Shown here piece by piece: positions 19,499 to 29,676 of a stretch of DNA of 64,000 nucleotides. Source of the DNA: an uncultured Ignavibacteriaceae bacterium. Its GTDB lineage: Bacteria; Zixibacteria; MSB-5A5; GN15; PGXB01. Made by a program: the position numbers and the translations under genes. Position 1 is the first letter of the stretch. Each line of letters begins with the position of its first letter. Under the pieces are notes generated by a model. It worked only from the letters and a program-made list of their open reading frames with translations, ran no database searches and was not told the DNA's origin. The stretch lies in assembly GCA_964452645.1 (NCBI GenBank), contig CAYVMO010000010.1:36511-100510 (forward strand), in the 5' to 3' direction.

Positions 19499-20302
19499 TT
19501 ATAATTTCAGATTCGTCTTTTTTAGTTTTTCCAGAAACTGAAGCGATTTTAAATCCTTACTGCCGGTTTGATATTTCAAAAAACGAATCAGCATCTCCAA
19601 AATCTCTTCGGCTTCTTCCATTTTTAATTTCAATTCCGTCGCCTCCAAAAGCGACGCGGTCTGAAGACTATTTGTCATATCGAGCCTGTCAGATTGGAGT
19701 TTAATATAGTATTCTCCGGCGAATTGGCAAGCCGAACATACGAGCCCGCCGCGCTCAGGCGAAAACAGATGAAATTGGCCGCCGTTTGAATTGGATATTG
19801 CGGTTTTACCTTTGTCCTTGCCGCAGGCGATACATCCGGAAAAATTCGGCCGATAACCCAGAAGAGATAGAAGTCTCAGAAAATAGCATAAAAAAAGCGG
19901 AATAATAGATGACTTCGCTTTCGAATTTACCAGCCGAAAATAGCTGACAGTCAGATTATAAAGCTCTTCCTGAGGTTCGTCTTTGGGCAGTAAATCGTAG
20001 AGCAGCTCCAAAACGGCCGAGGCGAAAGTCAGGCGTCCGAGCGTCCCTTCCTTTTCGAACTGAAAAGATTCCAGCGGCTCGGCCTCGGAAACATAGCCGG
20101 TGCCCGATTTTTCAGATTTGAAATAAGCGATCTCCAGCCGTGCGAAAGTCATCATCCGGCCGCGCTTGGTTTTCAAAGAGCGACCACCGCGGTCGATAAT
20201 CGTCTGCATCCCGGCATTATCGGTAAAAACGGTGATGACTTTGGATTGCTCCTTCCAATTTACCGATTTAAGGATAATCCCTTCTGATTTGAGCTGCGGC
20301 AT
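19499..20302 (-). CDS. recO: DNA repair protein RecO
   Basis: 267 aa. It has an N-terminal OB-fold pattern (SEGIILKSVNWKEQSKVITVFT) and a C-terminal Cys4 zinc motif (CIACGK...CSAC). Confidence 0.9.
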   Translation of the reverse strand: MPQLKSEGIILKSVNWKEQSKVITVFTDNAGMQTIIDRGGRSLKTKRGRMMTFARLEIAYFKSEKSGTGYVSEAEPLESFQFEKEGTLGRLTFASAVLELLYDLLPKDEPQEELYNLTVSYFRLVNSKAKSSIIPLFLCYFLRLLSLLGYRPNFSGCIACGKDKGKTAISNSNGGQFHLFSPERGGLVCSACQFAGEYYIKLQSDRLDMTNSLQTASLLEATELKLKMEEAEEILEMLIRFLKYQTGSKDLKSLQFLEKLKKTNLKL

Positions 20303-20308
20303 TAAGAT

Positions 20309-20665
20309 TTAATACTTGAGACGATAAATGACTTCGCCGGGGCGAGAGAGATGGTGACGGGTGCGGGCGATATATTCAATATAGTCCAAATCATTCTGAA
20401 GGCGCTTCTGGATCATATCGGCAGTGACAAGTTTTACCAGTAACCGATGATTTTCTTTCTGCAGATGATTTTTTTGTATATTTAATCTGGCAATCCTGAC
20501 AAATCCGAATGTTCCACTGAAAAATGAGTAGATTAAAAACAGCCCGACGAAAATAATCAAACCTTTCAAGACTTTTCGTCGAAGACGAATATCGGTGTTG
20601 GATAGCCGTTTGACCAGATTCTGCCGAATCGGTTCCAATAGCGACTTTTTCTTTCCGCACCTCAT
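20309..20665 (-). CDS. ftsB: Septum formation initiator family protein (FtsB/DivIC-like)
   Basis: 118 aa. It has a single N-terminal TM segment, a coiled coil (LQKENHRLLVKL) and a C-terminal PGEVIYRL motif. Confidence 0.7.
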   Translation of the reverse strand: MRCGKKKSLLEPIRQNLVKRLSNTDIRLRRKVLKGLIIFVGLFLIYSFFSGTFGFVRIARLNIQKNHLQKENHRLLVKLVTADMIQKRLQNDLDYIEYIARTRHHLSRPGEVIYRLKY

Positions 20666-21072
20666 GTTATAACAAAAATCTCCCCTTCAAATCGCCCGGT
20701 AAGATGGAGATAACAGGTTTAAATTTTTTTAGCAAGGGAAATCTTTCGACCAAACATAAGGCAGTATGATGCAGATTTCATCGAACCGGTTAAATCACGA
20801 GATAATAGGACTTTTATTGCAAATTCGGTCGGTGTCATGTAAGCCATTGAAATGAAACCTGATATGAGAATTAAATCTTTCCGGAGTATATAATAAAAAA
20901 GTGAACCATTTTGGTATTATTTTTGTTACAATTTACATGAATGGCATTAAATATCTGATATGATTCGATTTGCTCGATATCGGGGAGGAGGAGTAGACAT
21001 TAGTAATACAGTTCCGACAGGGAACAGTCGAACTTAGCGAATTAACAGGTGAAAGATAAACGAGGTGGAATC

Positions 21073-21963
21073 ATGAAAGTTCTAATTACAGTCGCAGCCA
21101 TACTGGTGTTAGGATTCGGTCTGGGGCTTATATTCTTCTCTCCCGGCGAATCCGGCACGGCGCCAACGGGGTCAAACGAACAAAAATATACATGCCCCAT
21201 GCATCCGGATATCATTTCCGATAAGCCCGGTAAATGCCCGAAGTGCAATATGGAATTGGTACAAGTGGAAGTGGAATCTACCAAGCCGATGCAGAAGGAC
21301 AAACCAATGCATGAACACGAAATGCAGGGTACCGAGGAAGAATCTAAAACTGAAATGATGATGACAACGGCCGGTCATAATATTTATACATGTCCGATGC
21401 CGGAACATTACTCGGTTCTGCAGTATGGTCCGGGTAAATGCCCGAAATGCGGAATGGCGCTGGTTCCTGTCGAGAAAACGGACAATCGAGAAGTCTACTT
21501 CTGCCCGATGCCGCAGGATTCCATAGTCCAGAATAAACCGGGCAAATGCCCGAAGTGCGGAATGGAACTGGTAAAGCTGGACATGAAAACTTCGAAAACA
21601 ATGCCCATGGAAGGAACTTCAAAAGATCAAAAAATGGATAAGACCGAAATGATGATGAAAAACGCTGCGCATAATATTTATACTTGTCCGATGCCGCAAG
21701 ATTACTCGGTTCTGCAATACGGCCCCGGCAAATGCCCGAAGTGCGGGATGGCATTGATTCCTGTCGAGAAGACGGAAAATAAAGAAGTTTACTTTTGCCC
21801 GATGCCACAGGATTCGGTAGTACAGAATAAACCGGGCAAATGCCCGAAGTGCGGAATGGAACTGGTAAAGCTGGACATGAAAACTTCGAAAACAATGCCA
21901 ACGGAAGATACCTCGCACGAACAAAAAATGCATAAGACCGAAATGAAATCGGATACGGACTAA
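21073..21963 (+). CDS. Membrane-anchored protein with five tandem heavy-metal-binding (HMBD-type, CPM...PGKCPKCGM) modules and Met/His-rich linkers
   Basis: The ATG at 21073 follows GAGGTGGA; the track ORF starts at GTG 21049. An N-terminal TM helix is present. There are five copies of Y(T/F)CPM(x9-12)PGKCPKC(G/N)M(E/A)L(V/I), separated by linkers such as KTEMMM and MHEHEMQG. Confidence 0.85.
   Translation: MKVLITVAAILVLGFGLGLIFFSPGESGTAPTGSNEQKYTCPMHPDIISDKPGKCPKCNMELVQVEVESTKPMQKDKPMHEHEMQGTEEESKTEMMMTTAGHNIYTCPMPEHYSVLQYGPGKCPKCGMALVPVEKTDNREVYFCPMPQDSIVQNKPGKCPKCGMELVKLDMKTSKTMPMEGTSKDQKMDKTEMMMKNAAHNIYTCPMPQDYSVLQYGPGKCPKCGMALIPVEKTENKEVYFCPMPQDSVVQNKPGKCPKCGMELVKLDMKTSKTMPTEDTSHEQKMHKTEMKSDTD
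21346..21933 (+). repeat. Two tandem copies of a 294-bp unit inside the HMBD gene
   Basis: Unit 1 spans about 21346-21639 and unit 2 about 21640-21933. A 77-bp stretch is identical between them (21529-21605 = 21823-21899). Each unit encodes two HMBD modules. Confidence 0.9.
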
Positions 21964-22112
21964 TCCGGTATAACCGGCGGCCATAATGCTTTTAACCAAC
22001 CGATAAGCACGTTCAAAATCATAAGGCAGCCTGCTCTGTCTGCATGATGAATCAGTTTCGGTACCGGCCGGTTAGATGAGATGGTCCGACAAGATAAATA
22101 GATAGACAAAAG

Positions 22113-22144
22113 AATAGGCGGACAAATTGTCTGCCTATTTTATT
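22113..22144. terminator. Probable bidirectional terminator between convergent genes
   Basis: AATAGGCGGAC (22113-22123) pairs with GTCTGCCTATT (22129-22139) with one G.U pair. It is flanked by an A-run and a T-run. Confidence 0.65.
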
Positions 22145-22164
22145 GAATATTAAAATTTCGCCGC

Positions 22165-22545
22165 TTAGCCGACCAATTCTTTGGTTTTTTCGAGCAACTC
22201 CTCGCGGTCGATCGGTTTTTCCATGAAGGCGGCCGGCATTTGAAGCTTTTTATTGCGCTCGATGAATCGCTTCACTTCGGGCGAAACACCGGTTACGATT
22301 ATTATGGGGATATTCGCCGTTTCTCTGGATTCCTGAAGATTCCTCAGCGCTTTCAGCCCGGACTCATCGTCCATCGATATATCCAGCGTAATTAAATCCG
22401 GTTTTTCGGTTCTGGCTTTGGCAAAAGCTTCGACACCGCTAAATGCGGAAATAGTTTCATAGCCGCCTTCGTCAAATATGGTCTCCAGCCAGGTTACTAT
22501 ATCAGGTTCATCGTCGACAACAAGTATCTTCTTCTTATCGCTCAT
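22165..22545 (-). CDS. Stand-alone response regulator receiver (CheY-like)
   Basis: 126 aa. It has KKILVVDDEPDIV, a phospho-acceptor context DLITLDISMDD, and the conserved T and K (IIIVTG, MEKP). Confidence 0.9.
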   Translation of the reverse strand: MSDKKKILVVDDEPDIVTWLETIFDEGGYETISAFSGVEAFAKARTEKPDLITLDISMDDESGLKALRNLQESRETANIPIIIVTGVSPEVKRFIERNKKLQMPAAFMEKPIDREELLEKTKELVG

Positions 22546-22910
22546 AAGTCCTCCTTTTCGGGGCTAATATCGTCGGTAGGCGGTCTTTTATCAAGCTGTT
22601 TTTTTCGGAAGATTCACGTTAAATCGAGTATCTTTGCCCATTTTAGCCCATTTTTACACCTGACCCGGTAAAACGAAGCGGACGCTTACGCTCCGCAAAA
22701 AAATGCGATTTCTTTCGATCCGTATATATACCGCCATACATCAGGCACTCGGAACATAATCGATTTGGTGCAGGTTATAGGAATAACGGTTAGTTTTATT
22801 TATTACGGGAAGGATACATGACTAAATGAATCCGTAATGATCATTGGCGTGGCGCCCAATTTGATTCTGAATATTGATCGCAGTCGGAATCGGTTTCAGG
22901 GGAACATAGT

Positions 22911-24980
22911 ATGAAAAATATAACCGAGAACATTAATTCCGAAAAGTCGGCCAATCATTTGATTGATGAAAGCTCGCCCTATTTGCTGCAACATGCGTAC
23001 AATCCGGTTGACTGGTATCCCTGGTCGGAAGAGTCTCTCGAAAAAGCACGCCTTGAAGATAAACCGATTTTTTTGTCTATCGGTTACGCTGCCTGTCACT
23101 GGTGCCACGTGATGGAAAAAGAATCATTCGAAAACAAGGAAATCGCGGCCATATTAAACGAGCATTTCGTATCGATTAAGGTCGATCGTGAACAGCGCCC
23201 GGACCTGGATCAAATATATATGACGGTCACGATGGCCATCAACGGTTCCGGCGGCTGGCCGATGAGCGTTTTCTTAACACCTGATTTGAAACCTTTTTTC
23301 GCCGGAACTTATTTCCCTTCTGATGATATGTACGGTCGGCCCGGATTCAAACGATTGATTATGCAAATAGCAACCGAGTATAAAAATAATCGTCAAAATA
23401 TCGAAGATTATGCGCAATCTCTGACCGATGCTTTAAAGTCGTCGTATTCATCCGACGAAACAACCGGGAATATCAATACGACCATTATCGATTCTGCCGT
23501 TGCTCAATTGATGAAAAACTATGATGCCATCCATGGGGGATTCGGTTCCGCACCAAAATTCCCGCATCCAACCGAATTATCATTCATGATGAAAATATAC
23601 GCATCAAACAGCGATAAGAACTTGCTGAATGCAGTCGAGCATACGCTGCAAACAATGGCGCGTGGCGGCATCTATGATCAGATCGGCGGCGGCTTTCATC
23701 GCTACTCCGTCGATGCCGTCTGGTTGGTGCCGCATTTCGAGAAGATGCTGTATGATAACGCCCTGCTGGCTGTCACATACAGCGACGCTTACAAACTCAC
23801 GCACAACGAATTTTACAGGAATATCGTGAAAGAAACGCTCGATTTTATGATTCGCGAAATGCAGGATAATAATGGCGGATTTTACTCGTCGCTGGATGCC
23901 GACAGTGACGGTGAAGAGGGCAAATATTATGTCTGGAAGAAAGCAGATATCGAAAGATTGCTCGGCAAAGATGCGGCCCGCTTTTGTCGCTTTTATAATA
24001 TCACCGATAATGGAAATTTCGAACATCAGACCAACATACCCAATATAAATAGAGATTCGGATCACTATCGAGAAACATCGGGGTTTGATATCGATTCATT
24101 TGAGAAAATTATAAACGGGCAGAAACAGCTGATATTCAATGAACGTCAGAAACGAATCCGGCCTTTGACGGATGATAAAGTCCTCTCCTCATGGAACGGT
24201 CTGGCGATTTCAGGACTTGCCAAAGGTTTCCAAATCACGAATGATGAAAAATATCGTTCGGCGGCATTGCGAGCGGCCGAATTTATCAGGGGCGAATTAA
24301 TCAGGAATGATAAATTATTTCACTCATACCGATCGAGGAAAGTTTCCGGGGGACAATTTCTTGAGGACTATGCCTATTTTATTCAGGGATTACTCGATTT
24401 GTACGAAATCGTCTATGATTATGAATGGATTAGTCTCGCCAAAAGACTGGCCAACAGTGCCAATGCGTTATTTTCCGATGATTCCGGGAATCTTTACCTA
24501 TCCCCCGCCGATCAAAAAGACCACTTTATCCGCCCCAAAGACATAACCGACGGTTCGCTGCCGGCGCCGGGGTCGATTTTGATTCATTCTCTTATAAAAC
24601 TGGCTGATCTAACCGGCGACAGAAATCTGTTAAAACAGGCTGAGCAATTATTAGCGGCCTTATGGCCCACAATAAACCGGATGCCGCATGGGATGATTTC
24701 GGCTGTGTCGGCTTTTGATTACCTGATTTCCGATAAAATTGAAATAGTCCTGGTGGGCGAAAAAGAACGCGGTCGTTTCCTCGGGGAGATTTATAAATCT
24801 TACTGCCCCAACGGAATTATTGTCGTCTCCAAGCGCGGTGAGGAGAAAATTAATTTGCTGGAGAGCAGACAATCAAACGGCAAAACGACCGCGTATATTT
24901 GTAAGAACTTTGCCTGCAATCTGCCGGCTGATTCGCCCGAAGAACTCAGAGCGCAGCTGGCAAGTTTGAAAGGTAACTGA
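22911..24980 (+). CDS. Thioredoxin-domain protein of the DUF255/YyaL family (thioredoxin-like N-terminus plus six-hairpin glycosidase-like C-terminus)
   Basis: 689 aa. [20 protein letters not shown]...[23 protein letters not shown] is the family signature. Confidence 0.9.
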   Translation: MKNITENINSEKSANHLIDESSPYLLQHAYNPVDWYPWSEESLEKARLEDKPIFLSIGYAACHWCHVMEKESFENKEIAAILNEHFVSIKVDREQRPDLDQIYMTVTMAINGSGGWPMSVFLTPDLKPFFAGTYFPSDDMYGRPGFKRLIMQIATEYKNNRQNIEDYAQSLTDALKSSYSSDETTGNINTTIIDSAVAQLMKNYDAIHGGFGSAPKFPHPTELSFMMKIYASNSDKNLLNAVEHTLQTMARGGIYDQIGGGFHRYSVDAVWLVPHFEKMLYDNALLAVTYSDAYKLTHNEFYRNIVKETLDFMIREMQDNNGGFYSSLDADSDGEEGKYYVWKKADIERLLGKDAARFCRFYNITDNGNFEHQTNIPNINRDSDHYRETSGFDIDSFEKIINGQKQLIFNERQKRIRPLTDDKVLSSWNGLAISGLAKGFQITNDEKYRSAALRAAEFIRGELIRNDKLFHSYRSRKVSGGQFLEDYAYFIQGLLDLYEIVYDYEWISLAKRLANSANALFSDDSGNLYLSPADQKDHFIRPKDITDGSLPAPGSILIHSLIKLADLTGDRNLLKQAEQLLAALWPTINRMPHGMISAVSAFDYLISDKIEIVLVGEKERGRFLGEIYKSYCPNGIIVVSKRGEEKINLLESRQSNGKTTAYICKNFACNLPADSPEELRAQLASLKGN

Positions 24981-24981
24981 C

Positions 24982-25290
24982 ATGGAGTTAACGGAAGAAT
25001 TTATCAGAGATTATCTGCGGCCGATTGAAGATCCGGACCTCGGGATGAGTCTCGTCGATATGGGTCTGATATATGACATCGAGATAACCGAGGGAAATAA
25101 CGTCAATATCAAAATGACGCTGTCTTCACCGGCCTGCCCGATAGGCGATCAATTGATGTCTGTTGTCGAAGATTACGCCAGAGCGATTGACGGCGTCAAT
25201 GATGTGCACGTTGAACTGGTGTGGGAGCCGCCGTGGGATCCCGCAACGATGGCCACCGATGAAATCAAGGATATGCTGGGTATCTGGTAG
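24982..25290 (+). CDS. DUF59/MIP18-family Fe-S cluster assembly factor (SufT/PaaD-like)
   Basis: 102 aa. It has the motifs IEDPDLGMSLVDMGLIYDI and LSSPACP. Confidence 0.85.
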   Translation: MELTEEFIRDYLRPIEDPDLGMSLVDMGLIYDIEITEGNNVNIKMTLSSPACPIGDQLMSVVEDYARAIDGVNDVHVELVWEPPWDPATMATDEIKDMLGIW

Positions 25291-25295
25291 AGAAA

Positions 25296-26054
25296 TCAAC
25301 TCATTATCGACCGACCGCCGTCGACAACGATAAACTGCCCGCAAATCATACCGGCTTCCTCCGAAGCCAGAAATGTCACGACGCGCGCAATATCCTCCGG
25401 CTCGACTATTCTTCCCAGCGGAGTATGATGTCTGGCATGTTCGATTACTTCCTCCGCTCCGGGAATCGAACGAGACGATTTGGTATCGGCCAATCCGGCC
25501 AGGACGCCATTGACAAGTATTCCGCGGGGCGCCAGTTCATAAGCCAGCCCACGGGTTAATGACTCCAGCGCCGCCTTGGCGGCGCTTACCACGCCGTATC
25601 CGGGAATTACTTTCTGGCCACCGTCACTGGTTATACTGATAATCCGACCGTAACAATTGCTCATCAAGGGAACCGCAAAACGAGCCATATCAAGCAGCGA
25701 CCGCGCCGAAGCGGACATGGTAATCTCCCAGTGCCTGGAGGTGGCATTCATCAGATTTCCGGGCACGCCGAAAGCGGCGTTGGCCACGACCATATCGAGA
25801 CGCCCCCACTCGCTTTTAATCGTACCGAATAATTTTTCAAGGCTTGATTCTTTACCGACATCGGCCCTCAGTGCGATAGCCTCGCCGCCTAAATTTTTTA
25901 TTTCGTCAACGACATTCTGTGCATCGCTCTGGCTGCGTCGATAATTGACGATTACTTTTACGCCGCATCTGGCCAGATTAAGTGCAATAGCCCTCCCGAA
26001 TCCGCGCGCCGCCCCGGTTACCAATGCGTGCTTCCCTGCCAATTCGGGATACAT
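25296..26054 (-). CDS. SDR-family oxidoreductase, FabL-like enoyl-ACP reductase
   Basis: 252 aa. It has VTGAARGFGRAIA (Rossmann), NAA, a Y-x6-K spacing (YGVVSAAK) and a FabL-like C-terminus (GQFIVVDGGRS). Confidence 0.75.
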   Translation of the reverse strand: MYPELAGKHALVTGAARGFGRAIALNLARCGVKVIVNYRRSQSDAQNVVDEIKNLGGEAIALRADVGKESSLEKLFGTIKSEWGRLDMVVANAAFGVPGNLMNATSRHWEITMSASARSLLDMARFAVPLMSNCYGRIISITSDGGQKVIPGYGVVSAAKAALESLTRGLAYELAPRGILVNGVLAGLADTKSSRSIPGAEEVIEHARHHTPLGRIVEPEDIARVVTFLASEEAGMICGQFIVVDGGRSIMS

Positions 26055-26104
26055 GCTGCTCCTTTCGATTAATAATTAACCGGATCGAACGACATTAACC
26101 GATA

Positions 26105-27124
26105 TTAATAACTTTCCCCGGTTAATATCGTTTTACCCTTGAATACTTTATATATATATACGGTATATCCGATTACAATCGGCATGCCGATTAATGCGAT
26201 TACCAGCATAACTGTCAGTGTTTTCGGAGTTGACGATGCATTATATATGGTCAGGCTGTTGGCCGGATCGATATTCGAGGGCACTATTTTCGGGAAGATG
26301 CTGACTGCCGCCAAGCCGATAATAGATAGTATCGTCAGCGATGAAGCCAGAAAGGCGCGAAAGAACTTCGCCGACTTCAGACTTAAAGGTATATAGACGA
26401 TTCCGAACAGCAATAATAAGAACAAAATCCAGAATAGAGGATTGCCGAGCAGGTTTTCGAAAAGATATCCGGCCTCGAAAAAAGTGTATATGGTGGCCAG
26501 AAAATAAAGTACTACCACACTCATCCAAAACCGATAAGCCCGGTGCACTAATTTTTTATGCAGTTCTTCTTCGGTTTTAATGGTCAGGTAAATCGCACCA
26601 TGCATGGTAAAAAGCGCCAGGCTCAAAAGACCGATAAGAATCGAATATGGATTTAGAAGCTCCAAAAAGATTCCGGTATACATGCCGTTCCCGTCTATCG
26701 GTAGGCCTCTCAAGATATTACCGACAGCCACGCCGAACAGGATTGACGGCAGCAAACTTCCCAGACCGAACGACCAATCCCAGAATCTTCGCCAGCTATC
26801 GGAGTTTACTTTATTTCGAAACTCCAGCGAGACGGCGCGAAAAATCAGGGCAAACAGAACCAGCATCAGAGCCAGATAAAAACCGCTAAAGACGGTTGCG
26901 TAAACGATTGGAAAGGCCGCAAACAATGCACCCCCGACGGTAAGTAGCCAGACTTCATTGCCGTCCCAGACCGGACCGATAGCATTCATGTGCATTCGTT
27001 TCTCATTGTTGGCGCGGACAAACAGACTATGAACGCCAACGCCCAGATCGAAACCATCCAGAATGGCATAACCGATAATCAAAACACCGATTAATATAAA
27101 CCAGATTGTATTTATATCTATCAT
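26105..27124 (-). CDS. cydB: Cytochrome bd ubiquinol oxidase subunit II
   Basis: 339 aa polytopic protein. The N-terminus WFILIGVLIIGYAILDGFDLGVG is typical of CydB. Its start shares an ATGA start/stop overlap with cydA. Confidence 0.92.
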   Translation of the reverse strand: MIDINTIWFILIGVLIIGYAILDGFDLGVGVHSLFVRANNEKRMHMNAIGPVWDGNEVWLLTVGGALFAAFPIVYATVFSGFYLALMLVLFALIFRAVSLEFRNKVNSDSWRRFWDWSFGLGSLLPSILFGVAVGNILRGLPIDGNGMYTGIFLELLNPYSILIGLLSLALFTMHGAIYLTIKTEEELHKKLVHRAYRFWMSVVVLYFLATIYTFFEAGYLFENLLGNPLFWILFLLLLFGIVYIPLSLKSAKFFRAFLASSLTILSIIGLAAVSIFPKIVPSNIDPANSLTIYNASSTPKTLTVMLVIALIGMPIVIGYTVYIYKVFKGKTILTGESY

Positions 27125-28461
27125 ATCGCCGCCCCCTCTGTTATGGCTTCTTCGGGGCCATGTTTGACTTCCCTTACCATAATATAAAGGTAAAGAACAC
27201 CTAGAAACAAATATATCAAAACGAAAAGAATAATCGAAAACATAATCTCGCCCGAAGAGACTGTCATCGATGCGGCATCGGCCGTCTTAAGCAATTTATA
27301 AACGACCCATGGCTGCCGCCCCACTTCGGCGGCAACCCATCCCAGTTGACAGGCGGCGATTGGTAGGGGAATAAATACGATAAGAATTCTTAAAAACCAT
27401 TTCGAATCATATAATTTTCTCCGGATTAAGAAAAATACACCAACAAAAGTAACCGCAATAAATAACAGGCCCAGGATAACCATATTGTGAAACGATACAA
27501 ATGTCAGGAAAAACGGCGGCAATTCATCGGCCGGAAAATCATTGAATCCCTGAACATAGGCATTCATATTACCGGTCGCCAGCCAGCTTGTCACACCCGG
27601 GATTTCTATTTTATAATGTAAATCGCGGGGGTCTTCGGTAGGTATAGCGAATAGAATCATGGGTGCCCTTTCCTGGCCTTCGACAAGACCTTCAATCGTC
27701 GCCATTTTCTCCGGTTGCGTTCGCGCCACCTGAATAACATGCTCGTGCCCGAAGGGAAATAGCTCTAACACGGACACTATCAAACCGAAAATAATCGACA
27801 ATTTCAAAGCGCTTTTGCCGATATCGATTGATTTTCTTTTAAGTAACAAATATGCCGCGATACCGGACATAAAAAAGGCACCGGTAATCAGGGACGCATT
27901 AAAAGTATGGAAAAAGCGAATAACCGTTGAGGGATTGAACACCGCCTCATAGAAACTGGTCAACTCCGCACGGCCGTTTTGAATTATATATCCGGTCGGT
28001 GTCTGCTGCCAGGAATTGGCGACCAGAATCCAGAAAGCGGATATCGTCGCCCCGACAGCCACCATCAGAATAGAAAACCAATGCACCCCTTTGGGCAGCC
28101 TGTCCCGTCCGAACAGATACATCCCGAGAAAAGTCGATTCCATAAAAAAAGCGAAAATTCCCTCGGCCGCCAGAGGGGCCCCGAAAATATCGCCGACGAA
28201 TTTCGAATATTCGGCCCAATTGGTTCCGAACTGGAATTCCATGACGACGCCGGTGGCTACACCCATGGCAAATGTTATGGCGAGCAATTTGCCGAAAAAT
28301 TTGCCCATCCTGATGTACATATCATCCTCGCGTCGCCAACCCAATCCTTCGACGATAACCAACAGCCAGGCCAGGCCGATAGTGATGGGCGGAAAAATAA
28401 AATGATACCCAATAGTCAACGCAAACTGAATGCGCGATAACATTACCGGATCTAAATTCAT
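27121..28461 (-). CDS. cydA: Cytochrome bd ubiquinol oxidase subunit I
   Basis: 446 aa. It has LSRIQFALTIGYHFIFPPITIGL and the Q-loop/GRQPW motif (EVGRQPWVVY). Confidence 0.95.
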   Translation of the reverse strand: MNLDPVMLSRIQFALTIGYHFIFPPITIGLAWLLVIVEGLGWRREDDMYIRMGKFFGKLLAITFAMGVATGVVMEFQFGTNWAEYSKFVGDIFGAPLAAEGIFAFFMESTFLGMYLFGRDRLPKGVHWFSILMVAVGATISAFWILVANSWQQTPTGYIIQNGRAELTSFYEAVFNPSTVIRFFHTFNASLITGAFFMSGIAAYLLLKRKSIDIGKSALKLSIIFGLIVSVLELFPFGHEHVIQVARTQPEKMATIEGLVEGQERAPMILFAIPTEDPRDLHYKIEIPGVTSWLATGNMNAYVQGFNDFPADELPPFFLTFVSFHNMVILGLLFIAVTFVGVFFLIRRKLYDSKWFLRILIVFIPLPIAACQLGWVAAEVGRQPWVVYKLLKTADAASMTVSSGEIMFSIILFVLIYLFLGVLYLYIMVREVKHGPEEAITEGAAI

Positions 28462-28491
28462 TTAATGTCCCCTTCAATAATTCAACATTAA

Positions 28492-28776
28492 TTATCCCAA
28501 CGCCACGTCGAGCATCATCATGGCCGCGAATCCCAAAACCGCCCCCGGGGTCGCCTCATGAGAATGGCCTTTCGTCTGTGATTCCGGAACCAATTCTTCG
28601 ATTACGACAAAAATCATTGCTCCGGCCGCAAAACCGAGCATGCCCACGAGGGCCTTTTGGCCCATATTTCTTCTGGCAAAGACAACCGCAGCACCGGAGA
28701 TGGTCATAAACCATGTAAAGCAGGTTGCAATCAGAGCCTGAACAATCGGATTCAAATTCGTAAACCACTCAATCAT
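28492..28776 (-). pseudogene. Collapsed ZIP-family metal transporter remnant (N-terminal TM region joined in frame to the C-terminal TM region)
   Basis: The 94-aa ORF starts like ZIP/GufA proteins (...LNPIVQALIATCFTW..SGAAVVF....KALVGMLGFAAG). It then continues directly as the ZIP C-terminus (AMIFVVIEELVPESQ...LGFAAMMMLDVALG). The roughly 150-170 aa central part with the HNxPEG metal sites is missing. Confidence 0.55.
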
Positions 28777-28828
28777 TTTCTATTCATTATCCCAACAAAT
28801 TTCGATACTCGAAATCAGCCTCGGTCTC

Positions 28829-29653
28829 TTACATTTTGACAATATACTCTTCGGTATGAATCTGCCCCGGATTTTTTCGACTGTGTAATTTGAAACCCTC
28901 CTTTTCAAGAATAGCGGTCATGGCTTCAATCATATACGGATTGCCGCATAAGAAAACATGCGTGTCTTTGGGTTTCGGAACGATACCCCATTTTTTAACC
29001 AGGATACCGTGTGTCCAAATTTTCTGCACGAATCCTTCCTGACCATGCCAGGGAATTTTCTCTTCGTGGGCATGACTCAAAATCGGTATATAGGTAAAGT
29101 TTTTACTTACCGAATCAAGCGTCACAAGCTCGGAATGATAACCCAGATCTATGGAATGATATGCTCCATGAATAACGGCAAATCGATGCCGCACTCCCTC
29201 GGTTACCTCGGTACGGATCATACTCATATACGGCGCCACACCTGTCCCTGTCGCAATCAGCACGATATTGAATTCGTTGGGAACTTGCGACATGGTAAAC
29301 ATTCCTTTAAATTTCGGCGACATCCAGAGTTTATCTCCGGCAGATAATGCGAATAATCTCGGCGTTAAGGCCCCGGTATGAACGAGGGCGATATAAAACT
29401 CGATAAATTCGCGGGATACGGACGACGAGGCTATCGAATACGCCCTCATAATGAATTTGTCGGGAGGGGTCGGCGTTTCCTCGGGAAGTGACGATTGGCA
29501 TCGGGGCACATCACCGGGCAATCCCAGGGCGGCATACTGACCCGGTACGAATTCGGGCAGTTCCCAGCCATCGGGAATAACACGCAATTTTATCAGGTGG
29601 GGCGCAATTTCGATTCTCTGACTGACAATCGCGTTGAACTTTCCGGCCATCAT
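28829..29653 (-). CDS. fpr: Ferredoxin--NADP(+) reductase (Fpr-type FAD/NAD(P)-binding oxidoreductase)
   Basis: 274 aa. It has RAYSIASS (the RxYS FAD motif) and a GTGVAPYMSM NADP-binding motif. Confidence 0.85.
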   Translation of the reverse strand: MMAGKFNAIVSQRIEIAPHLIKLRVIPDGWELPEFVPGQYAALGLPGDVPRCQSSLPEETPTPPDKFIMRAYSIASSSVSREFIEFYIALVHTGALTPRLFALSAGDKLWMSPKFKGMFTMSQVPNEFNIVLIATGTGVAPYMSMIRTEVTEGVRHRFAVIHGAYHSIDLGYHSELVTLDSVSKNFTYIPILSHAHEEKIPWHGQEGFVQKIWTHGILVKKWGIVPKPKDTHVFLCGNPYMIEAMTAILEKEGFKLHSRKNPGQIHTEEYIVKM

Positions 29654-29676
29654 CCGCCCTTCACTGTCGCCGCTCT

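Noticed and set aside
21346-21933. Possibility of a CRISPR-like array
   Set aside because: There are only two long (294-bp) coding units in frame within one gene. There is no short repeat-spacer structure, and no cas genes occur anywhere in the window.
21172-21999. Several minus-strand ORFs (78-185 aa) with internal repeats
   Set aside because: They are antisense frames of the tandemly duplicated HMBD gene, and their repetitiveness mirrors the 294-bp duplication.
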